DNA of 54,581 nt from Candidatus Rifleibacteriota bacterium (lineage in GTDB: Bacteria > Muiribacteriota > Ozemobacteria > Ozemobacterales > Ozemobacteraceae): the NCBI GenBank assembly GCA_051747585.1, contig JBNJGH010000007.1, positions 1 through 54,581 on the forward strand, in the 5' to 3' direction. How positions within the stretch are numbered: position 1 is the first letter of the stretch; every line of letters begins with the position of its first letter. A program made the position numbers and the translations under genes. This document shows positions 7,915 through 17,394 of the stretch, one piece after another. The notes under the pieces are model-generated. The model was not told where the DNA came from. It did not search any database and worked only from the letters and a program-made list of their open reading frames with translations.

Positions 7915-10900
7915 CTAACCTTTTCTTCCATTTTTTTCAAGATTCTGCTGAGCCTGGAATACAAATGTAGCAAGGTTGGTTTCACGGTTTGGTAGTATAG
8001 TACCATCGTAAATCATATCTACATAGGGGGCCTTGTTACGCATTTGCACTTTAAGAATCGAGCTGGCAATGGTGCTGGGCATACAGGTAAAAGGCATGGC
8101 ATTAACAATACCGTTATAACCTTCGTCGGCAAAGGCCATAGCTCCGCCAATACTTAAAATAGCCTCGCCATTGATATGGTTCGAGAAAATACCATCCACC
8201 TCTTTAAGGATAGTGTCGGTCGAATGATCGAAGCGATTTTCGAGGATATTTTTGAATGGCCGGCCAATAAATTTTGCCACCATTCTCTGGTATTTTGAGG
8301 TCAACCAGAATTTGGTAAGCTCACCAAAATTATTCAGACTTTTCGACATGCGAAGTGCGTTACGCGAATCTTCGATTCCGGTATGAGTGGTATATTCAAC
8401 CCACTCAGCAACTGAACTGGTGTATGTTTCGCAACCCAGGTCTTCCAGGGCTTTAACCAGTTGTTGATTACTTTCTTTATGGGTTCTGACAAAAATTTCA
8501 CCGACTATACCGATCAATGGTTTTTTAACATTATGTCGTTCAATGCGTTTAAAAGCCCTGGCAGCCTGTTTGGCAACTTTAAGCATTTTGAGACCGCCGC
8601 CGGCTTCAATTGCAGCAACACCGTTCTTCATTGCTTCTTCAAAAACCTTGTCGGTGGTACCTTTGACTTTTTCGTAGGGGCGAATTTTCCACAACGCTTT
8701 TTCAATCAGATCAGAATAAACTACTGCCTGCCAGGCAAGCTGTCTGAACTGCACCGCCTGATCGTCATTAAAATAGCCGCTAAATCTATAGCTGTCTTCT
8801 GAACTCGGCGATAAAATAGGAACATCGACATATTTATATTTATCCAATAAAATTCGGTGCAACCTGGTATACTGACCAAATCTGCACGGGCCCTCAGTTT
8901 CAGGCATAAAAAAAGCAAGACTTTCGTTAACATTTTCCTGTTGTGCACGATGTTTATCGATAACATCAAACATATCGCCTGTGGTTACAATACATGGAAA
9001 ACATTCTTTACCCGAGGTATGCTTTTTACCGAATTCGAGTCCTGCTTTACTGTAAGTGGGCATTACTTTAGCATCACAGCCAACTGCTCTGAAAGATGCT
9101 GCCAGACAGCGAGCACCTTCAGCCATAAATGGGAGATACAGAGTTCTTTCGGTTAAGGGTGCAGTCGATTTGCGGGGAACAAAATTAATGTCTTTTTCAG
9201 AAAGAATTGTTACCTTCTGCTGATTTTTAATGGCATCGATAAAAGCAAGAAGCCTGGTTTCAACGCCGGCACCGGCAGAATGCTCATCTAGTTCGAGTTC
9301 GAGATACGGGCGATTTGTTCTGCTCATTTCATGGTTAAAGAAATGGAGCACAAAGGAGTCAGGGCCACAGGAAAAGCTTGTCAGATAAAGGCCGAAAAGC
9401 CTTGGATCACGGTTTATGTATTTGGCAGCCTGAAGAATTTTATTACCGAACCCCCAATACATGTTCGGGTATTCAGACTCGACATTGATGTCTTCCAGCT
9501 CGAGAAACTCCTGGGGAATAGCATGAATACCAAGTCGGCTAAAAGTAGCAAAAAGATTGAGGTTTGTTCTTGAGTCATAGGCACTGTAGGGACGGCCAAC
9601 AACGACTATAGCCCGCTGATCACCAAGATTTTTCAGGACCTGAGCCCCAACTTTTTTGATTTCTTTATTAAAGTCATTTAAAACACTCATTGCCTTGTCA
9701 TAGGCTTTTTCAAACTGCTTTTGCTCAAAAGGAAAGCCAAGCCTGGAAAATTCATCGGAAAAAGCCATAGTCATTTCATCGCGACTTTTCTTAAAATGAA
9801 TCGGCGGTTTGATAATTTTATTGATATCAAGGCCTAATGCAGACATAAGCATATATGAATTAGCTTCTACGTAAGGACAGTAAAAGCCGTTATTTTCCTG
9901 ACTGGATTCCATTTCTATCATCATTGGCATAAACAGGTAATCACAATGATCTTTAAGTGTGGCGGCATGACCATGGGAAATTTTAACCGGGAAGCAGGAT
10001 TCACAAGTCATTGCCGAAATACCTTTATCAACGATTTCGGTATTGGTTTCAGGGCTTATTATCACCTCGAAACCCATTTCATTGAGAAGATGAATCCAGA
10101 AAATTCCAATTTGATGAAAGCCCAGTGCTCTGGGAATACCTATTACTTTTTTATCTTTATTTTCTTCTTTGCGTGGCTGCCCTATTTCGCGATACAAACC
10201 ATCTACATGTTTAAAATACAGCTGCTGCCTTACCCGATTGAAATCAGGTGTTCGTTTTTCGGCCTGTTGGCGGGATTCATACATTCCACAGTCGCCACCA
10301 TAAATAGCTTCATCGTTGCCAACTCTATAAATCTGCAATTTACACTGATTGTGGCAGTCCGGGTTACGGGTACAAATTTCTTCTTCATGAATAAAAGGTT
10401 TGTCAATTACATCCCAGCCTCTGAATCTTGTAATAAATTCAATACCCTTTTCTTTTTTACGCTTAATTTCATCCATGGCGTGCATTGCAGAGCCTATAGC
10501 CCCCATAACTTCGCGATGAGGCAGAGTAATTATTGGTTTGCCTACAATTCTTTCGAAAGCTGCAACTACAGATTTATTAAGTGAAGGGCCACCCTGAAAA
10601 CTGATTTTTCTTCCAATTTTTCCGTCTTGCACAACTCTGTTGAGATAGTTATGCACTACAGCCTGGGAAAGGCCTGCAAGCAAGTCTTCAACCGCTCCAC
10701 CCATTTGCAGATAAGACATAAGGTCTGATTCCATATAAACGGTGCAGCGTTCGGTTAAACGATAAGGTGCTTTGGCAGCCATTGCCAGATCTTCATATTC
10801 TCCGGCAATATCAATTCCAAGTTTATTTGCAGTTTCTTCGAGAAAGCTGCCGGTACCTGCAGCGCAAACCTTATTCATACGAAAATCAACAACATAACTA

Positions 10901-12246
10901 TTACCGAGCGAAGTATATTTCGCATCCTGTCCGCCGAGCTCAAAAATAGTATCTACTTCAGGCTCAAACCAGGTTGTTCCGCGGGCATGGGCGGTAACTT
11001 CATTTACAACATCATCGGCGCCAACAAAAAGATTGGCCACTTCACGACCTGACCCGGTTGTTCCGACACCGAGAATATTTACCCGGCTCACGTCAACATT
11101 ATCAATACAGTTTTTTAAAGCTTTTTTGATGGCAACAACCGGCTGGCCTTCGGTTGGAATGTATCTTTTGTAAATAATTCTGCCTTCGGGAGTTATAAGC
11201 ACCAGCTTGGTAGTTGTAGAGCCAATATCATAACCCATATAAGCGTCTACTTTGCCCTCAACATCAGGCAAACCAACTGCTTCGCCGCATTGAGCGAAAG
11301 GCTGTAATTCGATTTTTAAAGGATCAGTTCTTACAGCTTTAAATGCTTTTGATGACTTAAGGCTCAGTATTTGCTCAGCATAAGCCGGCTGCCCTTTATC
11401 TTTTTCGATAGCAGAGAGAATAGTGCCATAGGCCCCAACACTCGTATAATGGTTGGGCACTACAACTTTTTTACCTAGAATTTTTTCAAATGAATGCCGG
11501 GCTAATCCGTTTGAAGCGTAGCCACCAATGAAGGCAATCGGCTCAAGCAGATCACGATTGTTTATAAGCGTAGATTTGAAATTTTTTACAACTCCGTCGT
11601 GTAAACCGGCAATGATATGTTTAACCGGAATACCCTTATTCTGAAGGTGTATCATGTCTGATTTGGTAAAAACAGTGCATCTGCAGGCAACACTCGCCGG
11701 ATCATCAGAACTGCGACCTTCTTCCATAAATTTCGTCAGAATCGTCTCGATGCGTCTCTGAGGATCTTCTATTTCATTAAATTCTTCGAAGTCAGAATAA
11801 ATTCTTTCGGCCTGCTGATCGATAAAGCTACCGGTTCCGGCAGCACAGGCTTCGTTGAGTTTGAAATCTTCAAGAATAAAACCACCATCAGAAGGCTTGG
11901 TAATAAGCAGAGCTGAATCGTGACCACCGATAGAAACAACGCTTCTTGCTTCTGGCATCAGGTTATAAAGCCCTTTTGTTTGGGCGGTGGTTTCTATTTC
12001 AAAATACGTATTCAGCTCAGCAGCCAGGGTCTTGCCATGGGTACCGGTAAATGCAGTTCTCGCAATATTTTCGCGACCATATTTATTTTCTATCTGTTGC
12101 AGAATTCTGGCGCAAACTTCAATTGTTCTGCCAAAATGTCGGTAATATGGCATTTCCTCAACAATTTGACCGTCAGTTGTACAAATTATGGTGTTTATAC
12201 TGATTGAACCTATATCGAAACCTATATTCAGCTGCTTTTGTGACAT
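7915..12246 (-). CDS. 2-hydroxyacyl-CoA dehydratase activator-related fusion (two BadF/BadG/BcrA/BcrD ASKHA ATPase domains, DUF2229-like, dehydratase-like C-terminus)
   Basis: 1443 aa. GFDIGSISIN and GYDIGSTTTK, IGGHDS and LGGQDAK, NEACAAGTGSF and NKVCAAGTGSF, CRCTVF and RCTVYMES, ESCFPVK, FSCGPDS, GKECFPC, GPCRFGQY, PFTCMP. AGGAGG RBS. Confidence 0.9.
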   Translation of the reverse strand: MSQKQLNIGFDIGSISINTIICTTDGQIVEEMPYYRHFGRTIEVCARILQQIENKYGRENIARTAFTGTHGKTLAAELNTYFEIETTAQTKGLYNLMPEARSVVSIGGHDSALLITKPSDGGFILEDFKLNEACAAGTGSFIDQQAERIYSDFEEFNEIEDPQRRIETILTKFMEEGRSSDDPASVACRCTVFTKSDMIHLQNKGIPVKHIIAGLHDGVVKNFKSTLINNRDLLEPIAFIGGYASNGLARHSFEKILGKKVVVPNHYTSVGAYGTILSAIEKDKGQPAYAEQILSLKSSKAFKAVRTDPLKIELQPFAQCGEAVGLPDVEGKVDAYMGYDIGSTTTKLVLITPEGRIIYKRYIPTEGQPVVAIKKALKNCIDNVDVSRVNILGVGTTGSGREVANLFVGADDVVNEVTAHARGTTWFEPEVDTIFELGGQDAKYTSLGNSYVVDFRMNKVCAAGTGSFLEETANKLGIDIAGEYEDLAMAAKAPYRLTERCTVYMESDLMSYLQMGGAVEDLLAGLSQAVVHNYLNRVVQDGKIGRKISFQGGPSLNKSVVAAFERIVGKPIITLPHREVMGAIGSAMHAMDEIKRKKEKGIEFITRFRGWDVIDKPFIHEEEICTRNPDCHNQCKLQIYRVGNDEAIYGGDCGMYESRQQAEKRTPDFNRVRQQLYFKHVDGLYREIGQPRKEENKDKKVIGIPRALGFHQIGIFWIHLLNEMGFEVIISPETNTEIVDKGISAMTCESCFPVKISHGHAATLKDHCDYLFMPMMIEMESSQENNGFYCPYVEANSYMLMSALGLDINKIIKPPIHFKKSRDEMTMAFSDEFSRLGFPFEQKQFEKAYDKAMSVLNDFNKEIKKVGAQVLKNLGDQRAIVVVGRPYSAYDSRTNLNLFATFSRLGIHAIPQEFLELEDINVESEYPNMYWGFGNKILQAAKYINRDPRLFGLYLTSFSCGPDSFVLHFFNHEMSRTNRPYLELELDEHSAGAGVETRLLAFIDAIKNQQKVTILSEKDINFVPRKSTAPLTERTLYLPFMAEGARCLAASFRAVGCDAKVMPTYSKAGLEFGKKHTSGKECFPCIVTTGDMFDVIDKHRAQQENVNESLAFFMPETEGPCRFGQYTRLHRILLDKYKYVDVPILSPSSEDSYRFSGYFNDDQAVQFRQLAWQAVVYSDLIEKALWKIRPYEKVKGTTDKVFEEAMKNGVAAIEAGGGLKMLKVAKQAARAFKRIERHNVKKPLIGIVGEIFVRTHKESNQQLVKALEDLGCETYTSSVAEWVEYTTHTGIEDSRNALRMSKSLNNFGELTKFWLTSKYQRMVAKFIGRPFKNILENRFDHSTDTILKEVDGIFSNHINGEAILSIGGAMAFADEGYNGIVNAMPFTCMPSTIASSILKVQMRNKAPYVDMIYDGTILPNRETNLATFVFQAQQNLEKNGRKG

Positions 12247-12279
12247 TTTTCCTCCTGAAAGGGCAAAAGAAAGTCTGTA

Positions 12280-12326
12280 ATTTTACCATAAAAATATCCG
12301 CAGGCAAAGAGATGACTGCGGATATT
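12280..12326 (-). promoter_or_regulatory. Inverted repeat (terminator or operator) overlapping a putative promoter of the activator gene
   Basis: AATATCCGCAG(12293-12303)-N12-CTGCGGATATT(12316-12326), followed by a T-run on the minus strand. It overlaps TTGCCT(12307-12302)-N16-TAAAAT(12285-12280), which has an extended TGn. Confidence 0.55.
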
Positions 12327-12351
12327 CAGGAATCGTTACTATCAAAGCATA

Positions 12352-13794
12352 TTAGTCGCTGAGCCAACCTGTGTCTTTTACCTTAAGGTCGGTTTCAATC
12401 GGATCATCGCTATCTTTTTTTGATTTTTTCTCAGTATTTACAGAAGAATCGCCGTCGGTTGTTACAGGTTTGGTAGCAGAAGCTTCAGTTGTGCTTTCTT
12501 CTGTGTTTTCATTTTCCAGCTCTTCTTTTTCCTGTTCAAAAAATATAATTTTTTGTTCCGGGTCAGTTTTTTCATTTATACTTTGGCTTTCTTCAGTTAT
12601 TAAATCTGTTTTTTCACTTGTGGGAATCATTTTTATTGTGCCACGATAAGTGACTGCCAGATCGCCGTATTCTGTAACCAGTGGGCGGCGAAAAATACTT
12701 CTGCCATAGGATGTCCATTCTGGTGTACCTGAATTGACACTAAAGTAACTACCATAGGTTGACCGATCAAAAAACGAATCTTTGTGGGTTATAAAAATAC
12801 CTTTTTTGAATGGAAAAGCGTTATAGATATCATTAAGACCTCGGTTCCAATGGAGAGTGCCGTTAGAAACATCAACGCACCTCATTCTTTTTTTGTTAAC
12901 CAGAATAAGCTTATCGGCATATCTGGCCGCCCCGGTTAAGCTGGAATTCATTGTGGTGGTCCATGACTGGCCAGTCATAAGCGAAAGGCAGACAATTCTA
13001 GAGCCGCCGGCTGCCAGAAGCAGCACCCGGTCACCGATAATCTGTGCAACTTTAAGCCCTTTAGCAGGATGTCTATAAACCACTTGTCCAGAGGATTGTT
13101 TAATAACTAACAACTGCCCTTCATCTGTAGTTGTGACACAAAATCCTTGAACAAATACAGGCTCATCGCCACTGACTTTTTCATCGAGCGCCCACATCTC
13201 CTGACCGTTTACAACAGAATGACCAGAAATTTTCCAGGCAGGATTTTCAACATCAGTATAGCCGGTTATGCAGATTAAAACTTCGTCAGCAGCAAAACCT
13301 ACCAGAGTTTTGGGGAACTGGTAATCCCACTCCGGCTTCCCGGTGTCTGCATTCAAACAATACAGACCATGCCTGCCGGAAGATATGAGAAAAGACTTAT
13401 CGTCAAGTTTCTTAGGTTTAAGAGCAATGGGCTTCATGGTTCCTGATTCCCATTCCAGCTTAAGACCAGGCACCGAGAAGCCTCTAACCATATTACTTTT
13501 ATCGACTACAACAACTTTATCGGCAAAAGGAATCGGCTGATAGGGTAATACCGGCAATTTTACTGATTTTGCCGCTACCTTGCCGTTTTTATCGACCTCA
13601 AAGAGATGGTAATATCTTTTTCCTTTATTTCCGCCAAGCAATACAAACCGCCCGGCTACCTCTACAGGATCAGAATAGATTTTCTCTTCTATAGAAGCAG
13701 ACCAGAGGGCGGTTGTTTCAGGCTGAGAGCCCAGAAGGTGAAAAGCAAGAATTCCAAGAATCACCATTATAAGACCGATAAGTTTTTTAGACAT
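12352..13794 (-). CDS. PQQ-binding-like beta-propeller (BamB-like) exported protein with acidic low-complexity tail
   Basis: N-terminal hydrophobic signal or anchor. Repeated blade motifs such as LYCLNADTGKPEWDY, SVVNGQEMW, CLSLMTGQSW, CVDVSNGTLHW. E/D/T/S-rich C-terminus. Confidence 0.75.
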   Translation of the reverse strand: MSKKLIGLIMVILGILAFHLLGSQPETTALWSASIEEKIYSDPVEVAGRFVLLGGNKGKRYYHLFEVDKNGKVAAKSVKLPVLPYQPIPFADKVVVVDKSNMVRGFSVPGLKLEWESGTMKPIALKPKKLDDKSFLISSGRHGLYCLNADTGKPEWDYQFPKTLVGFAADEVLICITGYTDVENPAWKISGHSVVNGQEMWALDEKVSGDEPVFVQGFCVTTTDEGQLLVIKQSSGQVVYRHPAKGLKVAQIIGDRVLLLAAGGSRIVCLSLMTGQSWTTTMNSSLTGAARYADKLILVNKKRMRCVDVSNGTLHWNRGLNDIYNAFPFKKGIFITHKDSFFDRSTYGSYFSVNSGTPEWTSYGRSIFRRPLVTEYGDLAVTYRGTIKMIPTSEKTDLITEESQSINEKTDPEQKIIFFEQEKEELENENTEESTTEASATKPVTTDGDSSVNTEKKSKKDSDDPIETDLKVKDTGWLSD

Positions 13795-13802
13795 TGTTAA
13801 AA

Positions 13803-14471
13803 TTAATCTCTTTTCAGGTAATTTAAAATTACTTTTATACAGGCATCGGGTTTGATTCGGCTGGTATTTAAAACCATGTGGTACTGATGCGAGTCATTCC
13901 AGTCAACATCAAAGAAATCAGAAATAAAGCCTGAGGCAGCCTTATCTCGGCTTTTGATAATTTCTTCGGCTTTTTCTTCCGAGATTTCCTGTTCTCTTAC
14001 CAGATGAGCGACTCGATCAACTTGATCTGAAATTATTCTAAAGTGATAGGCGTCATGATGCTCTTTTAATATCTGCGAACCACCACGACCGAGAATAATT
14101 GCGTCATCAGCCGATGCAATATCTTTTATAACCTGATTAAGAACATCAAAATAATCTTTTTCTTTGTAAGCGTCTCTGGGATAAGAACTGAAAATTTCAG
14201 CCGATTCCCAGTCAAGTGGTCCAATTCCGAAAGGATGAAAGACCAATCCTCCGTGAGCAATACTATCGAGAGCTTCTTGAAAAAATACTCCGATGCGGTT
14301 ATAGGTTGACTGGTCAAAATCCGCCAGCTGTTCCTGATCTTTGCCCAGTTTCTGAGCAATTTCATGAATCACCTGATGATCATAGCAGGTACAATTCAAT
14401 GCTTGAGCAAGTTTTAAAGCTATATAGGTTCCTGAAGAGCCCAGTTCTCTGGAAATAGTAATTACTGGCAT
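13803..14471 (-). CDS. Cytidylate kinase-like family protein
   Basis: VITISRELGSSG P-loop variant, IILGRGG, IKSRDK, YHMVLNTS. AGGAGGA RBS at 14482-14476. Confidence 0.85.
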   Translation of the reverse strand: MPVITISRELGSSGTYIALKLAQALNCTCYDHQVIHEIAQKLGKDQEQLADFDQSTYNRIGVFFQEALDSIAHGGLVFHPFGIGPLDWESAEIFSSYPRDAYKEKDYFDVLNQVIKDIASADDAIILGRGGSQILKEHHDAYHFRIISDQVDRVAHLVREQEISEEKAEEIIKSRDKAASGFISDFFDVDWNDSHQYHMVLNTSRIKPDACIKVILNYLKRD

Positions 14472-14578
14472 TTGATCCTCCTGGATTTAAGTAACACCAC
14501 CATTTTAATCTATTATTCATAAAAGATTCAAGCCTGGCAGAAAGCAAAGGTAATTTCTAAATAAACAGGTGTTGCTAT

Positions 14579-15976
14579 CTACAGATCAAAAACATCGCTA
14601 TTGGCTGTCATGAGTTCCCATATATTGGCATCTCCAGGCAGTGGCTCAGTAAAATTGGAAAATGATATTTGAGGCCCCTTACCATCGGTTAGAGCGAGAT
14701 GGTAACCGGTAACCTGGATTCCATCGAAGTTTTTCTCGTATTCCCCTTGTGGGACATGTTCACCGAAATTGAATTCTGAACCTATAATATAAGCCCAGTT
14801 ATCCGGCTGCCCCTCAAGCATGCTGTAATTTGAAAGATCGAGCCATTTCTTTTTTTCGCGATTCAGATAAATAATCGCCCTTATTTTATATTCTGCAAAC
14901 TTGTTTTTGGGCGGGACGGCAAACCACAGCCTGGCCGACCCATCTATCCCGGGGAGGGCATAAACAAATACCGCATCATCAGACTTAATTTCAATTTTTT
15001 CTACCGCAGCAAGATCAAAGGCAACATCAACTGGAAAAATGAGATTGTTCTCGCGAGGCAAACCGGTTAACTGGAGATAGAGCATATCCTGGTCATTATT
15101 ATAAACGTATGCCTGCCTGTAGCTGAAAAGTTCGGGAGGAACGCTAATTTCTTTTGCAGCAGGAGAAACGATAAATGAAGCAATAAGTCCGGAAACTTCG
15201 CTTTTTAAATTCGGGTCGAGAACAGAGGCATTAAGAAGATGTTTAACCGCCATTTTCCGATCACCCTGAATCATACCAAGCTGACCGCTGGTAAAATATT
15301 CTTTTCCGCCGGCCTGACCATCAGAAATTTTTTCACGGGAATCTTCAATGGCGCTAGCCAGAAGCAATTCATCATCTCGCGCAAGAATCTGCGGATCAAT
15401 TTCTTTGGCCTTAAAATAGGCCGTTAAAGCTTTAGTTTGCATTTTGCGGGACCAATATCGCATTGCAAGCTCAAAGTAATCTTCTGCTTTACCTGATTTT
15501 TCAGCCTTCTGCTTTTGTTCTTTTATCTCTTCATCGGAAGCAGTCGGATGGAATTCTCGTTTCGGTGGATTATAGGGTTTCGGCTCGGAATATTTCACCT
15601 CAAAGTGCCCTACGGTCGGGCCCCAATTCCAGTTATGATAAATCATTTCTTCGGGATAAAGGCGACCATATTTTTTATAAAGATTCTGTTTTCTCTTTTC
15701 GTTCTGCTCTCGATTCAAGCGATTTTTAACCTTGTTTATCCACATTTTTGCTTCAAGGTTGTCTTCATCCAGGGCAAGAATAGTGGAAAAGATGCTTAAA
15801 GCATGCTCATATTTTCTGCGCAAATAAAAATCTTTACCAGCTTGCGCGAGTCTGTCAACGCGTCGACTCAAGGGCAATCGCTTATATTCTGCCAAGTCAG
15901 ACCTGGGTTTGTGACTGTAACCTGACAAAACAATTCCTGCAAAAAGCATCAGGAAAAATACGGCGGATTTTTTCAT
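14579..15976 (-). CDS. Exported TPR-containing protein
   Basis: Signal-like MKKSAVFFLMLFAGIVLSG. TPR-like helices (AGKDFYLRRKYEHALSIFSTILALDEDNLEA; DYFELAMRYWSRKMQTKALTAYFKAKEIDP) and a beta-rich C-terminus. I prefer ATG 15976 over GTG 15994. Confidence 0.75.
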   Translation of the reverse strand: MKKSAVFFLMLFAGIVLSGYSHKPRSDLAEYKRLPLSRRVDRLAQAGKDFYLRRKYEHALSIFSTILALDEDNLEAKMWINKVKNRLNREQNEKRKQNLYKKYGRLYPEEMIYHNWNWGPTVGHFEVKYSEPKPYNPPKREFHPTASDEEIKEQKQKAEKSGKAEDYFELAMRYWSRKMQTKALTAYFKAKEIDPQILARDDELLLASAIEDSREKISDGQAGGKEYFTSGQLGMIQGDRKMAVKHLLNASVLDPNLKSEVSGLIASFIVSPAAKEISVPPELFSYRQAYVYNNDQDMLYLQLTGLPRENNLIFPVDVAFDLAAVEKIEIKSDDAVFVYALPGIDGSARLWFAVPPKNKFAEYKIRAIIYLNREKKKWLDLSNYSMLEGQPDNWAYIIGSEFNFGEHVPQGEYEKNFDGIQVTGYHLALTDGKGPQISFSNFTEPLPGDANIWELMTANSDVFDL

Positions 15977-15984
15977 AGAACTTT

Positions 15985-16012
15985 TTATCGGCACAAGCTC
16001 TTGTTTTTTTTA
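15985..16012 (-). promoter_or_regulatory. Second sigma28-type promoter candidate
   Basis: Minus strand reads TAAA(16012-16009)-N16-GCCGATAA(15992-15985), 8 nt before ATG 15976. Confidence 0.5.
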
Positions 16013-16026
16013 CTAACGCAAGACAG

Positions 16027-16641
16027 CTATTTGTTTTCTCCAATTACTACAGAAAACTCAGACCTGTTCATTTCAAGATTGTTCAGTCTTACCAGGGCAA
16101 TCAAAACAGTTTTCCATGGCATCTGAATAAGACGAATCATAAGATTCTTTTTAAGACCTAACTCTGGCCTGATCTCGACTCCTGTGGTTCTTCGTAAAAT
16201 TTTACAGAAATCTGCAATTTGAACACCGCTAAAAACACCACTAAGTCTTATATTGGATCCTTTACCATCGGGCAACATTGTTGCATCAACCGGAAGCTTT
16301 TCAAAAAAGCTGGCAAGCCTGTTTTTTTCAGCGACAAAAAGACAATTATTCCACAATTTATAGGAAAATTCAGTATCTGCAAAGTAATTGCCTAGAACCT
16401 GCCCTACGGTCTCGCCTTTTACCCGCTTAAGTGATGATCTTACATCCTGATCCATAATCAACGACCAGTTAAATCTTTCTGAAATCTCTAAAAGATAAGT
16501 CTTTACATCGAGATATTTATGTCTCGTTCTTACTTTTTGTTTAAAAGGATTTACAGTAACTGATCCTGTCTGACAAAAGGCAGCCGAACAAACAAACAAC
16601 AACAAAAGAACAAATAATCCTCTACCAACTCTCAATTGCAA
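16027..16641 (-). CDS. Exported protein with two STN/secretin-N0-like domains
   Basis: Signal peptide ending in SAAFC-Q. Two roughly 70-aa repeats resemble secretin/TonB N-terminal domains (LDVKTYLLEISERFNWSLIMDQDV...; FSGVQIADFCKILRRTTGVEIRPE...IRLIQMPWKTVLIALVRLNNL). Confidence 0.6.
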   Translation of the reverse strand: MQLRVGRGLFVLLLLFVCSAAFCQTGSVTVNPFKQKVRTRHKYLDVKTYLLEISERFNWSLIMDQDVRSSLKRVKGETVGQVLGNYFADTEFSYKLWNNCLFVAEKNRLASFFEKLPVDATMLPDGKGSNIRLSGVFSGVQIADFCKILRRTTGVEIRPELGLKKNLMIRLIQMPWKTVLIALVRLNNLEMNRSEFSVVIGENK

Positions 16642-16658
16642 CTCCAGTTTTTATAATT

Positions 16659-17249
16659 TTATTTTTCAAAGTCACCGAGCAAATTTTGAATCTCGGAACT
16701 ATTCATCAGTTCCTGCATTTTGGGGCTGTTCATTAGATATTCGTAATCATTTCTGCTTATGGCATCCATTATATCCGGATCAGACATTACCTCCATCACT
16801 TTCTGATTCTGGCTCAGATCCATCAATGAATTCAGGAAGTCACCGTCAGCAGTCATTGACCTTACTCTGGAGTTAATCTGATCTTGAGCAGGGGTCTGCT
16901 GACCGGAATTATCAGAATTTCTCATTTTCTGATTATATTTTTGTCTGGCAGGGCTGATCCTGTTTTGCGAACCATCTCTAATTTGTATATTGGAATTTTT
17001 GGACGAATTGGGTGAACCTTGAGAATCGACAGCCTGAATAGCAATTATATTAGATTGCTTAAGCCTTATTTCACCAAGGGTCGGCGATTTCACAACATAA
17101 ACACCGTTTTTCATCTCCACAACTTTGCCAATAATTGTCGAGCTGTCGTTTAAAGTAATCTGTTGCATCTGTTCTGCAGCATAACCTGCAGCCAGAAAAC
17201 CAAAAAATATTAAAACCAGAAATAACTTTATTTTCATTTGCGTCCTCAT
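16659..17249 (-). CDS. Exported hypothetical protein with C-terminal STI1/DP-like repeats
   Basis: Signal peptide ending in AGYA-AE, a small beta domain (ITLNDSSTIIGKVVE), an S/N/Q linker and Met-rich helices NQKVMEVMSDPDIMDAI..LMNSPKMQELMNSSEIQNLL. Confidence 0.65.
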   Translation of the reverse strand: MRTQMKIKLFLVLIFFGFLAAGYAAEQMQQITLNDSSTIIGKVVEMKNGVYVVKSPTLGEIRLKQSNIIAIQAVDSQGSPNSSKNSNIQIRDGSQNRISPARQKYNQKMRNSDNSGQQTPAQDQINSRVRSMTADGDFLNSLMDLSQNQKVMEVMSDPDIMDAISRNDYEYLMNSPKMQELMNSSEIQNLLGDFEK

Positions 17250-17317
17250 CTTTCTTTTATAACAATAATGTACACATTATAGAAAAAATTGCTATAAAAA
17301 ACAAAGAAATTATAAGT

Positions 17318-17347
17318 TTGACTCTTTAGAAACATTCCCTCTATACT
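17318..17347 (+). promoter_or_regulatory. sigma70-type promoter of dfx
   Basis: TTGACT(17318-17323)-N18-TATACT(17342-17347). AGGAGG RBS at 17383-17388. Confidence 0.65.
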
Positions 17348-17394
17348 GTCAAAACTATAAAAAATTCGGATCTGAAAAAAACAGGAGGACAAAG

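Noticed and set aside
9946..10584. Long antisense ORFs (for example 9946..10584, 22353..22955, 30262..30837, 42056..42514)
   Set aside because: They lie opposite well-supported genes and have no motifs or RBS, which is typical of shadow ORFs.
12352..13794. Calling the propeller protein bamB
   Set aside because: It has no lipobox Cys and is not in a bamA or der context, so only the PQQ-type repeat fold is supported.
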